NCBI GenBank assembly: GCA_963847625.1 | Contig: CAWKAR010000028.1 | Span: forward strand, 108,834-172,833 | Direction of reading: 5' to 3' | Length of the DNA stretch: 64,000 nucleotides | Origin: a candidate division FCPU426 bacterium | GTDB taxonomy: Bacteria > Oederibacteriota > Muellerivitia > Muellerivitales > Muellerivitaceae | Shown: positions 41,921 through 53,536 of the stretch, piece by piece | Position numbering within the stretch: position 1 is the first letter of the stretch | How the letters are laid out: each line of letters begins with the position of its first letter | Program-made: the position numbers and the translations under genes | Notes under the pieces: model-generated | Seen by the model: the letters and a program-made list of their open reading frames with translations, nothing else | Database searches by the model: none | Told to the model about the DNA's origin: nothing

Positions 41921-43942
41921 ATGAGAAAAATACTCAACCTTTTCGGCCCTATCGGCAAAAAGTTCAACTGGCCTTTCTGCGTTACGGGCGTTATTTCGGG
42001 GGCCGTGGGAGCCCGCCTCTGGTCGGGATCCCAGGACCAACATTGGCTTTCAGGCGCTCTTTTCCAGGCCCTGTCCTTATTCCTGATATGGAAAGCCTTT
42101 CCCAATCGGGATTCCCGCCTTCCGGAAGCCCGGGAGTCGTTCTCCCCAAAACCCCCGAAAAAAAAGGGGAAATCACGCCTCTCTTGGAATGATCTGTTTC
42201 CCCTGGGATCAGTCCTTCTTTTCAGCGTAATCGGGCAACTATTTTTTAGTTTTCGCTTGACCATCCTGGCCTTGGCGTCCTGGGGGGTGGCCCTTTTCAT
42301 GTTTTCGCAGCTTCCCAAGGCCGGTCCCGCGAAAACCTGGACCCCGGGACCGGTAGCCGAAAAAAAGCTTCTCGCGCTGGTCCTCCTGGCGGCCGCCCTC
42401 ATGCGGTTTCCATTCATTGGCCAGCACATCACCGGCCTGCAAATTGACGAGTCGAATTGCATCTGCGACGCATACAGTTTCCTGGATGGCTCCCTGAATT
42501 CCCCTTTTGTCACGAGTTGGGGCGGCAACGAATCCTTCCATTTCTGGTGGCTCTCGATGTTCATGAGGATTTTCGGCGCAACCTGGGTTACGGCCCGGCT
42601 CTTCTCGGCGGTTGTTTCCATGGGCGCCCTTTATGTTTTTTACCGCTGGTGCCGCTTATTCTTCGGATTCCTCCCTTCCCTCCTGGCTGTTTTCTTGATG
42701 TCCATCGGCTGGTGGTACCTCTTTTACAGCCTTTCCCCGTTCCAAAATATGCTGGTGGTTTTTTGGGAGATCCTGGCTATTTACTTCCTGTCCAAGGCCC
42801 TCAAGGAAGGGCGCAAAGCCGATTACTTGTGGGCGGGCCTCTTTATCGGCTTTTGCGAGTTGGAATACCTGCCGGGGCGGCTCGTGGTTTTCATGGCTGG
42901 TTTCGCGTTATTGGGAATCTGGGCCGTGGAAGGCAGGGCCTTTTGGAAGAACCACGCCCAATACCTGGCCTTGGGCATCCTCTCCATGTTATGGCTGGCA
43001 GGCCCATTCATTGTTTACGGCATCCATAACCCATCCGCCATTGTGAGCCGGGCCAAGGAATTGAGCCTCCTCGCCGAAGTCCAACGGACGGGGCATTACA
43101 GCCTCATACTCAAGAGGTTCTTTTGGACTTTCCTGTCTTTTCTAAACCACAACGAGGGCATTGACCCGCGGTTTTGCGCCAACGCGTCCCAGTTGGACCC
43201 GGTTTCCGGGGGCTTGATGGTATTCGGACTTCTTTTAGCTTTGGCTCATTGGCGGCGGAGAGCCTGCTGGTACGCCCTGGGCGGGCTTTTCTTCGGCTTG
43301 GTGGCCAACACCTTCGCCATCCAGGGCCCCAATCCCGACCCTTCTTTCGTCAACGGCCAGCGCTATTTCGTCGTCTTCCCGTTTCTTTTTTTCATGGCGG
43401 CTTGGACCCTGGACCGGGTGGCCGGCGTTTTTCCCGATTTCAACCCGGCCATGAAACGCACGGGCAAGGGCTTGTTGGCTTTGTTGGTTGCTTTCGCCCT
43501 TATCTGGAACATTTACATCTATTATTTTTCCTTCAGGAATTTCAAGGTGGAGGGCCCCAATTATTGGGATGCCCTGGGTTTCAACCATATCCAAGTGGCT
43601 GATTACCTGAGGACCCAATGCCCCCGATGCCACGCATTGATGGAAATAGAGTACAGTTCCAGCACCGTCTACGTGTTGACCCACGATTTATTCACCTTCA
43701 ACAGGCTCGGGGATTATTTTCCGGTCCCCATCCGGCAGAAAATAACGAAAAACGTGCTTTTCGTCATCCCGCCTTCGGAATACCCGGAACTCCAGGAAAA
43801 ATTGCGCCAGACCTATCCCAAGGCAGTTTGGGGCTCGCTCAAGGACCCGAAGGACAATGTCAACGTATTGACGGTGGAAGTACCCAAGGAAGACATCCAA
43901 GCCAAGCAGGAAGGAGTTTCCCTGGAAGGTGCGCTCGAATAA
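41921..43942 (+). CDS. GT39/PMT_2-like GT-C membrane glycosyltransferase
   Basis: Multi-TM 673-aa protein with RF..GLQIDE after an early helix, FG..WVTARLFSA, and QRYFVVFP. Architecture of ArnT/PMT-like enzymes. Confidence 0.75.
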   Translation: MRKILNLFGPIGKKFNWPFCVTGVISGAVGARLWSGSQDQHWLSGALFQALSLFLIWKAFPNRDSRLPEARESFSPKPPKKKGKSRLSWNDLFPLGSVLLFSVIGQLFFSFRLTILALASWGVALFMFSQLPKAGPAKTWTPGPVAEKKLLALVLLAAALMRFPFIGQHITGLQIDESNCICDAYSFLDGSLNSPFVTSWGGNESFHFWWLSMFMRIFGATWVTARLFSAVVSMGALYVFYRWCRLFFGFLPSLLAVFLMSIGWWYLFYSLSPFQNMLVVFWEILAIYFLSKALKEGRKADYLWAGLFIGFCELEYLPGRLVVFMAGFALLGIWAVEGRAFWKNHAQYLALGILSMLWLAGPFIVYGIHNPSAIVSRAKELSLLAEVQRTGHYSLILKRFFWTFLSFLNHNEGIDPRFCANASQLDPVSGGLMVFGLLLALAHWRRRACWYALGGLFFGLVANTFAIQGPNPDPSFVNGQRYFVVFPFLFFMAAWTLDRVAGVFPDFNPAMKRTGKGLLALLVAFALIWNIYIYYFSFRNFKVEGPNYWDALGFNHIQVADYLRTQCPRCHALMEIEYSSSTVYVLTHDLFTFNRLGDYFPVPIRQKITKNVLFVIPPSEYPELQEKLRQTYPKAVWGSLKDPKDNVNVLTVEVPKEDIQAKQEGVSLEGALE

Positions 43943-43976
43943 GTATTGCGTGGAATGAATAGGCGTGAAAGATGTT

Positions 43977-44780
43977 TCAGGGGTTTCCACTGATCCAATT
44001 TTTACCGAGGCTCAGCAAACTCAGGCTCTGGTAACCGCTGGGAGGGTTGAAAGCCGATGAGTCAAAGGTCCGGGAACGGATACTGCGGATTTTGAACTGG
44101 CTTGAGGGCTTTCCCTGCGCGTAAAGGATTGCGCGAACCGGCAATTGGGGATCGGAAAGGCCCAGTTGAAAAGCCGTCGTATCCGCGCCCAATTGGGCCA
44201 GTTCGTCCCCGCAAAAGTCCACCGCCAGGTGAATGAGGCCCCGGAAGGTGTTGTAGTCTTCCCCGCTCATGCCGGCCGTTTCAGGGCGGGTCACCCATAC
44301 TTCGCGGGCCTTTTTCCCGTTCAAATCGGTCTGGTAGGCATCGCAGGTAAAACCCGCTTTCCGGACGCCTTTGTCCCTTAAGGCCGGAACTCCGTTGAAA
44401 AAAGCCTTGGCGTTTTCCTGGACAATGGCATAGGTCTTCTGGACACTAAGCGGATAATTGGCGGCCCCGCCCTTGAGCTTTCCGGATGCGATGGCGCCCA
44501 TTATTTTAAGGGCGGTTTGGTCGCCCTGGCTGAGCGACAGGACAGTCTTGTGGAGATCGTCCACAACCGTCAACTGGGAGGTTTCCCGGTCGTAAATCAG
44601 GGACCCATGGGTCCAGGGCCCCTGGAAGTCCAGCCTCAGGTGCCCATCGCCAATGGAGGCCGCCACATCCACCCAGGCATCCTTATAGGACAAGCTTTCC
44701 AGGTGGGCCCTCAAGTCGGTTCCAGCCCAAAGGGGTGCCGCCCAACAGATCAGAAGCAGGGGGATATAGCTTTTTCTCAT
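43977..44780 (-). CDS. Exported hypothetical protein, DUF4412-like
   Basis: Signal peptide, AGFTCDAY..EVWVT and FNPPSGY motifs. Confidence 0.55.
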   Translation of the reverse strand: MRKSYIPLLLICWAAPLWAGTDLRAHLESLSYKDAWVDVAASIGDGHLRLDFQGPWTHGSLIYDRETSQLTVVDDLHKTVLSLSQGDQTALKIMGAIASGKLKGGAANYPLSVQKTYAIVQENAKAFFNGVPALRDKGVRKAGFTCDAYQTDLNGKKAREVWVTRPETAGMSGEDYNTFRGLIHLAVDFCGDELAQLGADTTAFQLGLSDPQLPVRAILYAQGKPSSQFKIRSIRSRTFDSSAFNPPSGYQSLSLLSLGKNWISGNP

Positions 44781-45149
44781 GGCTTTTTCACCGCGCCATC
44801 ATACCAAATATCCCTTCGGGAAACCCGTTGGCGCTTTCTTTTTGATCCTAAAGGCATCATCAAACCGCTTATTCGGCCTCCACAAGCGCCGAAAGGGCTG
44901 CCCGGCAGATCAAGTTTAGAAGAGGTTTGGGCATGTAAGCGCGACACGACGACAATATCTAAAAGTTAGTCATTGAATAAAATGATGAATAGTTTTTTAG
45001 TTAACCGAAACACCCTATTTGTTGCCCTTTAAGGGTTGGAACTTTGACCAGTCCTCATTTAAGCGTTAAAATATATGACAAAACAACTCTCTGCCAACGG
45101 ATATCTTCGTTGATTACCCTTTTTCCAGCACAATATTTAACACATTGCA

Positions 45150-48100
45150 GTGATTTTACTAATCACTATTTCAATCGGTGAAGGTACGAACTTGAATAAG
45201 TTTTGTTTTGGGCGCCAAACTCAAAATGGATCATGGGTAAAGGAAATCTTCCTGATTTCTTTTTTAACGCTTGGATTTCTTCCGCCCGCCGCGTTGTCTC
45301 AAACTTATTTCGGCAACCAGAGCGCCGCCACCTCGGGACTTTCAAGGCCCATGAACAGTTCGAGTTATCAAACATCCCTGCGCTTCACGGCCCGTAACTC
45401 AAACACCTTGACCCAAATACGCCTGCTGGCCCAAGGATATGGAACCTGCCCTCTTTATACTGTTGGATTGCAGGCTGATGACGGATTAGGCAATCCCAGT
45501 GGAACCTTCCTGGCCAACAGCGTGCCTTCTCCTTTTTCTTCCAGCTATGGCTGGAATCTCTTTCCCATGACTTCCTCCTACACCCTTGTTCCAAGCACGG
45601 TTTACCATATTGTGGTGCAGTTTTCCTCAGGGACCCTGGATGGTAACGATTATGGTTCTCTTAATCCTGGAGATACACCCAATACCCATCTCATCCCCTT
45701 GGATCAATTCCAGGACAACCAGTTGGAAGTCCTTTATTACAACGGGTTGGTTTGGTCCCCTCAAAGCGCCGCGCCCATATTCGTGCTGGATTTCAGTGAT
45801 TCCACCGAGTATGGAAACCCCTTTGACAATCTGAACGGAAACATTTACGGCGGCCAATATATCGGTGAAAGTTTCACGCCCAAATCGAACATACAGGTCA
45901 ACAAAGTTGGTTTTTACGTATACCGCACCGGGATTCCAGCCGACAACCTCAATTATGTTCTCTTGGACACGACTCAGGGTGTCACGATCGACTCCGGCAT
46001 CGTCGGCTCGTCTACCACCATACCCCTTTCCTGGGCCTGGGTGGATGTGAACATGACGGGGAGTTACACCCTTTATTCCTCCGACACTTACCTGCTTTAC
46101 TTGAAGTCATCCTTGAGTTCAGTGGGCAATTTTTACTATGTCAGCGATCCCGAGTCGGGCGGAGCCGTTAATAATTATGATGGCCTCACTTACGATTCCG
46201 TTAATTCCTTTGCCATGGTCTCGACGAATTCCGGCGGCTCTTGGGGCGCTAACACGAGTCAGGATTTGACTTTCCGGTTCACCTTGGACACCAATCCCAC
46301 CGCCACCCCAACGGTCACCTCGACGGTCACTCCCACCCCGACCCTTCCGGCTCCCAACCTTTCCCTGATTGAGAACGTTGTCACGGACTCGGCTGCGGCG
46401 AACGGCATGCTCTTGTTCAGAGTGGATTGTAACTTCGGGAATAGCATCGGGGTGACCCTCACCTCTTCGGTTCCAGTCAATACCACCCTCGTGGAGCTGA
46501 GTACTACAGGAAGCAGCGCTGGGAGTGGAGCCGGGAGCGCGGTGACCTGGGTTGTCTATAACGGAACCGCAACCCCACAACAAGATATTTCGGTTTTCAT
46601 GCTTTTAAACGTTAATTCGGCTGTCACTACAGGAACCGTCATCTCAAACGCAGTCACAGGTACCGCCATTAGCGTTGTATCGGCTGCTTCCGCCGCGGCT
46701 ACGGCGGTCGTGGGGCCGAATCTCAAGATCAACAAGACGGAATCGGAATCCACAGGATACTTGGGGGATACGGTCACTTACAGCCTGCCTTGGACCGTCA
46801 CCGGAGAAACCTTGGACTTTTTCGATTCCTATGACTCCCTAACCGGTGGAACGACGACTATTACCGGTTACGACGGAACTCTCTATACTCCCGAGGCGGG
46901 GCCCATCAGCTGGAATATTGTCGCGACGAGCGTGAATAACTACCTTTCGGCGAACGCACCCTCGGCCACTGGCTGTCTCCTACGCAGCGCCCCCACAGTA
47001 AACCTGTACGGAAATTACGCCGTGGTGGGTGACATCTATTTGGACCCTTCCAATCTCATTCCCAATGGAGGAATTGTGGTCGCCTCGGACGCGGCCGTTA
47101 CTAACGCTTATATCGCGGCCCTTTCGGGAACCGGCAGTCCAGGGAATTTTTATCTTGAAAAAATCAGTGCCGGCCTTCCGACCACCCTCGCGATGGTGAA
47201 CAACACCAGCCTGCCTGTCTCCGTGGAGGTGGGAAAATGGTGCTCGTTGGAGATTTACGTAGCCAGCAGCGGCGTAAATGGTAGCCCTCTAACCTTTTAC
47301 GCCAAGATCTGGCCTCCGGGTCAGGTCCCGCCGCAGGGTTGGGCAGTGACGGTCACCGACACCACTCCCATATCCTCCAGCGATACTTACAACACGGGAT
47401 GGTTAGCCGGAGGCAGCAGCCCCATGTCAAGACTTAATTCGTTTGATAATTTACAGGTTTACGTGCCCAACGCGCCCGTCAGCCTAAACATGGAGGATAC
47501 CCTACCTACAGGTATGACTTACGTAAGTTCTTACCCTCTGGCCACATTCCATTCGCCGTTGGTTTCGTGGAATTCCACGGCTACGGTTTTCGGGGGTGGG
47601 GCCACTTACAGCATTGTGGCGCAGGTTTCCACCCCGTGCCAGTCCCACATCGTGAACCACGCGATCATCACTGCGGCCAACGCCTCCACGGGTATTTCCA
47701 ATCCGGTGACCTTGTCGATCTCATGCCCGAATACCCCCACCCCGACCTCAACCATTACACCTACCAAAAGCCCGACGGCCACGATTACACCCACTCCCAC
47801 TAATTCCCCGACACCAACCAATACATCTACTCCGACAATTACACCCGCGAACACCCCGACTATTACACCCACCCCAACGCTTACTTTGACGCAAACTCCT
47901 TCAAGCACACCCTCTAATACTCCAACAGCTACACCATCACCCACGAACACTCCAATGAATACCGGAACAAACACACCCACGAACACACCGACAAACACTC
48001 CCACTTCAACAAACACTCCTATCCCGACACCCACCGACACTCCGGCGAACACCCCTACCTATACATCCTCCAACACAGCTACCAATTCCCCAACCAACAC

Positions 48101-48620
48101 CACTACTTCCACGCCTTCCAATACCCCCACGATTACTTCAACAAACACACCAACCCTTACGCCAACTCCGACCGGCATCTTAACGTTTACTCCCACGCCC
48201 ACTTGGAGTTCGACCCCCACCACGACTGATACGTCCACAGATACTCCAACCTTTACGAATACGCCCACTATCACCATTACACTTACCATCACGCCGGCTT
48301 TCACACCGACGGAGTCCCCCACCGCAACACCCACGCCGAACGCAGCCCTTTACTTGGACCAGAACTTCTTCAACCCCCTCCAACAGCCCCTGGGAATGGA
48401 AATGCGTGTGGATACGGCGGGCGAGGTAAAAGTGTTGGTTTACGACATCGCGGGCGAGGAAGTAGTGAAGCTTTTGGATCAATACGAGAACGCCGGCAAC
48501 TACCGGCTTTCCTGGGATGGGCGAAACAGCTCTGGCGACATGGTGGGGAACGCGGTTTATTTCATCGTCATTCAACAGCCTTCCGGCAATTTGGTAAGAA
48601 AAGTCATTGTCCTGAGATAA
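45150..48620 (+). CDS. Secreted multi-domain protein with DUF11-like domains, PT linker and FlgD-Ig-like CTD (start may be TTG 45192)
   Basis: 1156-aa ORF with signal-like segment, about 200-aa TPT linker, ending [29 protein letters not shown]. Confidence 0.85.
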   Translation: MILLITISIGEGTNLNKFCFGRQTQNGSWVKEIFLISFLTLGFLPPAALSQTYFGNQSAATSGLSRPMNSSSYQTSLRFTARNSNTLTQIRLLAQGYGTCPLYTVGLQADDGLGNPSGTFLANSVPSPFSSSYGWNLFPMTSSYTLVPSTVYHIVVQFSSGTLDGNDYGSLNPGDTPNTHLIPLDQFQDNQLEVLYYNGLVWSPQSAAPIFVLDFSDSTEYGNPFDNLNGNIYGGQYIGESFTPKSNIQVNKVGFYVYRTGIPADNLNYVLLDTTQGVTIDSGIVGSSTTIPLSWAWVDVNMTGSYTLYSSDTYLLYLKSSLSSVGNFYYVSDPESGGAVNNYDGLTYDSVNSFAMVSTNSGGSWGANTSQDLTFRFTLDTNPTATPTVTSTVTPTPTLPAPNLSLIENVVTDSAAANGMLLFRVDCNFGNSIGVTLTSSVPVNTTLVELSTTGSSAGSGAGSAVTWVVYNGTATPQQDISVFMLLNVNSAVTTGTVISNAVTGTAISVVSAASAAATAVVGPNLKINKTESESTGYLGDTVTYSLPWTVTGETLDFFDSYDSLTGGTTTITGYDGTLYTPEAGPISWNIVATSVNNYLSANAPSATGCLLRSAPTVNLYGNYAVVGDIYLDPSNLIPNGGIVVASDAAVTNAYIAALSGTGSPGNFYLEKISAGLPTTLAMVNNTSLPVSVEVGKWCSLEIYVASSGVNGSPLTFYAKIWPPGQVPPQGWAVTVTDTTPISSSDTYNTGWLAGGSSPMSRLNSFDNLQVYVPNAPVSLNMEDTLPTGMTYVSSYPLATFHSPLVSWNSTATVFGGGATYSIVAQVSTPCQSHIVNHAIITAANASTGISNPVTLSISCPNTPTPTSTITPTKSPTATITPTPTNSPTPTNTSTPTITPANTPTITPTPTLTLTQTPSSTPSNTPTATPSPTNTPMNTGTNTPTNTPTNTPTSTNTPIPTPTDTPANTPTYTSSNTATNSPTNTTTSTPSNTPTITSTNTPTLTPTPTGILTFTPTPTWSSTPTTTDTSTDTPTFTNTPTITITLTITPAFTPTESPTATPTPNAALYLDQNFFNPLQQPLGMEMRVDTAGEVKVLVYDIAGEEVVKLLDQYENAGNYRLSWDGRNSSGDMVGNAVYFIVIQQPSGNLVRKVIVLR

Positions 48621-48853
48621 AGCATCGTCCCTTTGAACAGCGGGGAAACTCCTGCTTCTAAAAACCCTCCCTTGTTCGAATCCTACATCTCTATATAACA
48701 AAACCCAACTTCCCAATCCGCGAAATTGGGCTTTTGGGAGACTGAATGTCGAACCGCTTCGCTCACAGGGGAACTTCCCCCTGTGTACCCCTTTGAACAT
48801 CATGGGGACCAACTGTTCCACATACCTCTCACGGTTCGAATCCTCCTCCAAAT

Positions 48854-48892
48854 AATAAAGCCCAGTCTTCCAAAGGAAGACTGGGCTTTATT
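48854..48892. terminator. Intrinsic terminator hairpin at the tRNA 3' end, possibly bidirectional
   Basis: Perfect 18-bp stem aataaagcccagtcttcc / ggaagactgggctttatt with a 3-nt loop, between convergent genes. Confidence 0.8.
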
Positions 48893-48965
48893 GGCTGGGA
48901 GACTAGGATTCGAACCTAGATATGCAGATCCAGAATCTGCTGTCCTACCATTAGACGATCTCCCA
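48892..48965 (-). tRNA. tRNA-Gln(CTG)
   Basis: TGGGAGATCGTCTAATGGTAGGACAGCAGATT-CTG-GATCTGCATATCTAGGTTCGAATCCTAGTCTCCCAGCCA: cloverleaf, GTTCGAA T-loop, encoded CCA. Confidence 0.96.
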
Positions 48966-49305
48966 AGAATGCAAAAGGAAAGGACTGCGGAAGAGGGTGG
49001 ATTGTAGCACAAGTCATCTGCCGCGAAAAATCGAATTTCCTGGATCAACAACCATTTAAAAAACGGATTCGTCCCGGTTAATCGAAAAGGTTGGGTCCAC
49101 GAAATGCACATCAAACAATCGCCGTACTTCAGGGTCGTTCTACCAACCCACGATTTGTCCCCAATCCTTGCGGTGGATGGGCCTCATTCACCTTTTTTCC
49201 GCCTCTATTAAAAACGAACTCAATATTTTCTATGACAGCTTCTCTTTGGCAACTCTAATCACACATTCCATTTTAGTTTTTTTCTGTTCTCCACGCCTTC
49301 TCAAC

Positions 49306-50817
49306 TTATCCAAGGTCCTCCCCCTTTGGCAATCGGTCGGCCGATGAAACTTTTGGGATATCCTTCTTGAGCATGCCGACAAACCTCAGCAATCGCACGA
49401 TGCAGCGGCCTTTTCCCAGGATTTCAACCAGTTCGAACAAGTTGGGGCTAGCGGTTCGCCCCGTGATGGCCAACCGCATGGGGTGGACATAATCTCCGAA
49501 TTTACGGCCGCTTTCGGTAGCCGCATTTCGAAGTTTTTCCTCCAGGGTCATGGCATTGAAATCGACGGTTTCCTCCAGGATGAAAAGGGCCTGTTCCAGG
49601 ACTTTGATGGTTTCGGGTTTTCGCCACTTGGCCAATCCCTCGGCATCATAGATATGGACTTCCCCCAGAAAATACGTGATTTGGTCCCCTACTTCCGATA
49701 TGGTTTTTAAGCTGTTTTTCACGGTTCCGATCATGCGTTTTAACGCGCCACCTCCGAAACGCATGAAATTCTCGTTGATGGCATCGGCATCCCAAAGGGT
49801 TTCCAGACAAAGTTGGTATATTCTTTCGTCGTCCGCAGCCCGTATGTATTGGCCATTGAGCCACTGCAATTTATCGTAATCGAAGCAGGCCGCGCTTTTC
49901 ACCACCCGTTCGAGGCTGAACTTATGGACCAAGTCATCCTTGGAGAATATCTCTGTTTTTCCGTCGAGGGACCAACCCAGGAGGGCAAGATAATTCAGCA
50001 TGGCCTCAGGCAGGTAACCCTGGCGTTTGAACTCCCCGATCGAGTTTGCGCCGTGACGTTTGGAAAGGGGCAAGCGGTCTTGGCCTAAAATAAGGGGTAT
50101 ATGGGCGAAGATGGGCGGTTCCAGCCCCAAGGCCCGGTAAAGAAGGATTTGCTTGGGGGTATTGGATAAATGGTCGTCACCCCGGATGACATGGGAAATT
50201 TTCATGAGGGCGTCGTCCACCGTGGCCACGAAATTATAGGTGGGCTCCCCGTCGCTTCTCACCAGGATGAAGTCGTCCATTTCGGAATTTTCAATGGTCA
50301 CCTCCCCCCGAACCAAATCGGAGAAGGCAATTCGCCCCTCGGGTATTTTGAGCCTGACTGAATAGGGATGGCGGGATTTTCGATGCTCTTCCACATCCGC
50401 CGGCGAAAGGTTACGGCACTTCCCGGAATACCGGTAGCTTTTGCCGAGGGCTTGGATATCTGCCCTTTCGGCCTCCAATTCCTTGGTGGTGCAATAACAG
50501 GGATAAGCGGCGCCAGATTGGAGGAGTTTCTTCAGTTGTTGCCGGTATTGAGGGGCCCGGTCGGTTTGGCGGTAGGGCCCATAAGGCCCGCCAATGGAGG
50601 GTCCTTCGTCCCAATCCAAGCCGAGCCATTGCAGGTTCCGGATGATGCTCTCTTCATATTCCGTCTTGGACCTTTCGCGGTCGGTATCCTCGATTCGAAG
50701 GATAAACTTACCCCCATGGTGACGGGCGAAAAGCCAGTTAAACAAGGCGGTCCGGGCTCCTCCCACATGGAGATAACCGGTAGGGCTCGGCGCGAATCTC
50801 ACGCGAACAGTTGACAT
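49306..50817 (-). CDS. gltX: Glutamate--tRNA ligase
   Basis: VRVRFAPSPTGYLHVGGARTALFN (HIGH), LRIEDTD, HVIRGDDH and LSKRHG (KMSKS). Confidence 0.97.
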   Translation of the reverse strand: MSTVRVRFAPSPTGYLHVGGARTALFNWLFARHHGGKFILRIEDTDRERSKTEYEESIIRNLQWLGLDWDEGPSIGGPYGPYRQTDRAPQYRQQLKKLLQSGAAYPCYCTTKELEAERADIQALGKSYRYSGKCRNLSPADVEEHRKSRHPYSVRLKIPEGRIAFSDLVRGEVTIENSEMDDFILVRSDGEPTYNFVATVDDALMKISHVIRGDDHLSNTPKQILLYRALGLEPPIFAHIPLILGQDRLPLSKRHGANSIGEFKRQGYLPEAMLNYLALLGWSLDGKTEIFSKDDLVHKFSLERVVKSAACFDYDKLQWLNGQYIRAADDERIYQLCLETLWDADAINENFMRFGGGALKRMIGTVKNSLKTISEVGDQITYFLGEVHIYDAEGLAKWRKPETIKVLEQALFILEETVDFNAMTLEEKLRNAATESGRKFGDYVHPMRLAITGRTASPNLFELVEILGKGRCIVRLLRFVGMLKKDIPKVSSADRLPKGEDLG

Positions 50818-51186
50818 TTTTTTCCTTTAAAGCTTGGTTTGGATCCTTTTTTGGCTAAAGAAAAACGCCTGCGTTTCCTTGAGCCCGCTCCCATCTGGAA
50901 GAAAATCCCCAGCATTAATTCGGTGGTTCAAAAATCTTCACGGCAAAACCTTTGAGTCTGCGCGGGGCAGGCCACAAAGATAGCGTATAAAATAACGTTT
51001 TGAAAAACCTTCCTACCAAAAAAATTCCCGGGCTTTGTTTTTTTCCCAGAAAACAAACGAAAATGTTATCCTAATGGAGTTGCAGAACCCAGTCATTTTA
51101 CCAGTTACTCAATGAGAATATGATTTGTCCGAATGGCCTTTTCCATTCCAAAAGGCGCACATTCCGGAAAGGGGAGCTTTACTAAC

Positions 51187-51579
51187 ATGAGAAAAATCCA
51201 TAAGCCTGAAAATCCTCGCAATAAACGCACCAACCGTCGGATAATCATGGTTAAATCCATCAAAGGTCTTATTCTGGATTCTTTTAGTGATGGAAAGCCT
51301 TTCCGCGTCCAGCTAATCAATGTCAGCTCCACCGGTTGCCAGATCTATTCCAACAAGGTTTTGGACAACAACTTTTCCATACGCCTGGAACTGGGTTCCC
51401 TGGATAAAAGCCATAATGTGAATTATGACGGCAAGGTCGTTTGGGTCCGAAAAAACCCAATGAAATCCATGGGCCGGTATGTCTATGGGATCAATTTCGA
51501 AAACATGACCCCGGAACAAATCAAGTTCCTGGAAACGAACTACTCCTTGAGCATCACTCCATCTAATCCTTTAATATAA
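51187..51579 (+). CDS. PilZ-domain protein
   Basis: RTNRR (RxxxR) and NVSSTG (N/DxSxxG) motifs, GKVVW and YGINF. Start at ATG 51187 or 51133. Confidence 0.8.
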   Translation: MRKIHKPENPRNKRTNRRIIMVKSIKGLILDSFSDGKPFRVQLINVSSTGCQIYSNKVLDNNFSIRLELGSLDKSHNVNYDGKVVWVRKNPMKSMGRYVYGINFENMTPEQIKFLETNYSLSITPSNPLI

Positions 51580-51722
51580 ACCCCGCCGAAATATGCGGGT
51601 GCCTCGGATAACCACTTTTTAGTTTTTCGCCGTAGAAAAGAAAGGGTTATCCGCATCTCGTATGGATCTTTCTTTAAGTCGAATTTTTGAGAAAGACCTT
51701 CCTTCCAGGGCCAAGAGTGGGA

Positions 51723-52865
51723 TTAATTCTGTGGAATGATGGCTTTTTTCAAGCTGGCTAAAACCTTTTTGTGCAAATCCTCGGCATCGACCGCGTTCGT
51801 TAAGGCTTTTTGAAATTGAGGATTGATCTCCAAAGCCTTTTTAAATTCCTTCAAAGCTTTGTTCACCTCGAATCGGCACAATATCAAGTAAGCGACCCCC
51901 AGATGGTGGTGGAGATCCGCGTAATGGGGATACTCTTCGATTACTTTCGCGAGTTTGTTGATGTATTGTTCCGTCATTTGCAAATCGATACCTTCGGTTC
52001 CATAAAGCAACGTTAACGTGAAAAAGAAGATAATTTCATCCCCGATCCGCGGGACATAGCGTGGCCGGACCTCCAGGAAAGACTGGAATGCGAGCGAATA
52101 CTTCCGGTTCTTCAGGTAATCCATGGATATCATGAAGGCGCGATTGCGGACCTTGGGGTTCAGTGTGGCCGCGGTTTCAACCTCGGCTTTTGTCCTTTCC
52201 ACCAACTCCTGGATTTTCCCGTCGTTAAGTTCTCCAGAAGATTGGGTGAGATAACCGACACAGGAAGTTCCCAGGCGTAAACGAGCGTCCGCGTAGCGGG
52301 GATTGATCTGGAGGGCCTGCAAATAACATTGAACGGCCTCGTCTATTTCCCTTTTGTAAAGGTGGACGTTGCCCAGATGGTAATAAATATCGGCGAAAGA
52401 GGGCCCCAATTCCTTGGCCTTGTTCAAAATAGCCAGGGCCCCATCGTAATCCTCCAGAAGGGTCAAGGTGATGCCGTAACTCTTGACCGCCTGTAGGTGT
52501 TGTGGATCCAATTCCATGGCTTTCAGGAATCTTTGGCGGGCATCCTCGTAAAAACCATTGGAAAGGAAGATGACCCCGATTTTCCAACAGGCATCCGCCG
52601 AGGGTTTTTCGCCTATTTTTTTATTTAAACGGAAGATGGATTCAAGCTCAACCGAGCGGATCCGGTGGGTTTCCTGGAGGAACTGTTTGAGGCCCCCTTC
52701 ATCCATGCCTTCCGGAAGGTCGAATTCTCTCTGGGAAATGGCCCTTCCAGCAAGCTGGACGATGGAGGTTAAGCGGTTTTTCCCCGTCACGGGGGAGGTT
52801 TCAACTGTAAAATTTTTCCCCTCAATTTCAATGAGGGAATTCAGCGACATTTTTTCCATATCCAT
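51723..52865 (-). CDS. TPR-repeat protein
   Basis: ADIYYHLGNV, ALQINPRYADA, YADLHHHLGVAY and KALEINPQF TPR signatures. Confidence 0.85.
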   Translation of the reverse strand: MDMEKMSLNSLIEIEGKNFTVETSPVTGKNRLTSIVQLAGRAISQREFDLPEGMDEGGLKQFLQETHRIRSVELESIFRLNKKIGEKPSADACWKIGVIFLSNGFYEDARQRFLKAMELDPQHLQAVKSYGITLTLLEDYDGALAILNKAKELGPSFADIYYHLGNVHLYKREIDEAVQCYLQALQINPRYADARLRLGTSCVGYLTQSSGELNDGKIQELVERTKAEVETAATLNPKVRNRAFMISMDYLKNRKYSLAFQSFLEVRPRYVPRIGDEIIFFFTLTLLYGTEGIDLQMTEQYINKLAKVIEEYPHYADLHHHLGVAYLILCRFEVNKALKEFKKALEINPQFQKALTNAVDAEDLHKKVLASLKKAIIPQN

Positions 52866-53123
52866 CCGAATTCCGGATCGTCAAATCCCGAATATGTTCG
52901 TCTTTCTCCGCGCAGTAAGCAGGATCACGGCAGAAAAGGGCATAAAAAAAGAACGCCAAAAATTTTCGCCTTTATCAGAACCTTTTAATATCTAGGAAAC
53001 TGCTTGATAAAAACGGTAATTTTTCAATAAACAGACATAGGACATATATGATTAATATATAAAAAACAAGTATTTCTTCGTGTTTAAGCCGTAGATCCTT
53101 AGATATTTCCAATTTTCCTTTTT

Positions 53124-53486
53124 TTAGTTCTCCCCGAAACCTCGTTTGACAGCCGTTTCCACGTTGGGAAATGCTTTCAAGATGGTGTTGAATTCCAGCA
53201 ACTCGAACACTTCTGAAACCTCCGGATTCATCCCGGATAAAATCAAATCGCCTTTTTGGCTTCGGATGCGTTTGATCTCGCTGACAAAAATACCCCAACC
53301 GGCGCTGGAAATGTAATTCACGTCCTTCAGATCCACCACCAGCTTAAATTTCTTGTCGTTGAGGACCGAGAGGAATTTTTTCTCGAATTCCGGCGCGGTC
53401 GTGGTGTCAATGAATCCCTTGACGGAGAGAAGAGTGATACTTTTATTTTTCGGGTGCTCGGATACGCTGATAGATATATTTTCCAT
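53124..53486 (-). CDS. STAS anti-sigma-factor antagonist (RsbV/SpoIIAA family)
   Basis: GFIDTTTAPEF and VVDLKDVNYISSAG with the phosphoacceptor Ser; 120 aa. Confidence 0.92.
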   Translation of the reverse strand: MENISISVSEHPKNKSITLLSVKGFIDTTTAPEFEKKFLSVLNDKKFKLVVDLKDVNYISSAGWGIFVSEIKRIRSQKGDLILSGMNPEVSEVFELLEFNTILKAFPNVETAVKRGFGEN

Positions 53487-53536
53487 TCTTCCTCCAAAGT
53501 GAAGGGGCCAAACGAGTGTTTATTATCCCCGGGTTT

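Noticed and set aside
45150..48965. Genomic island integrated at tRNA-Gln
   Set aside because: No integrase and no direct repeat of the tRNA 3' end found in the window.
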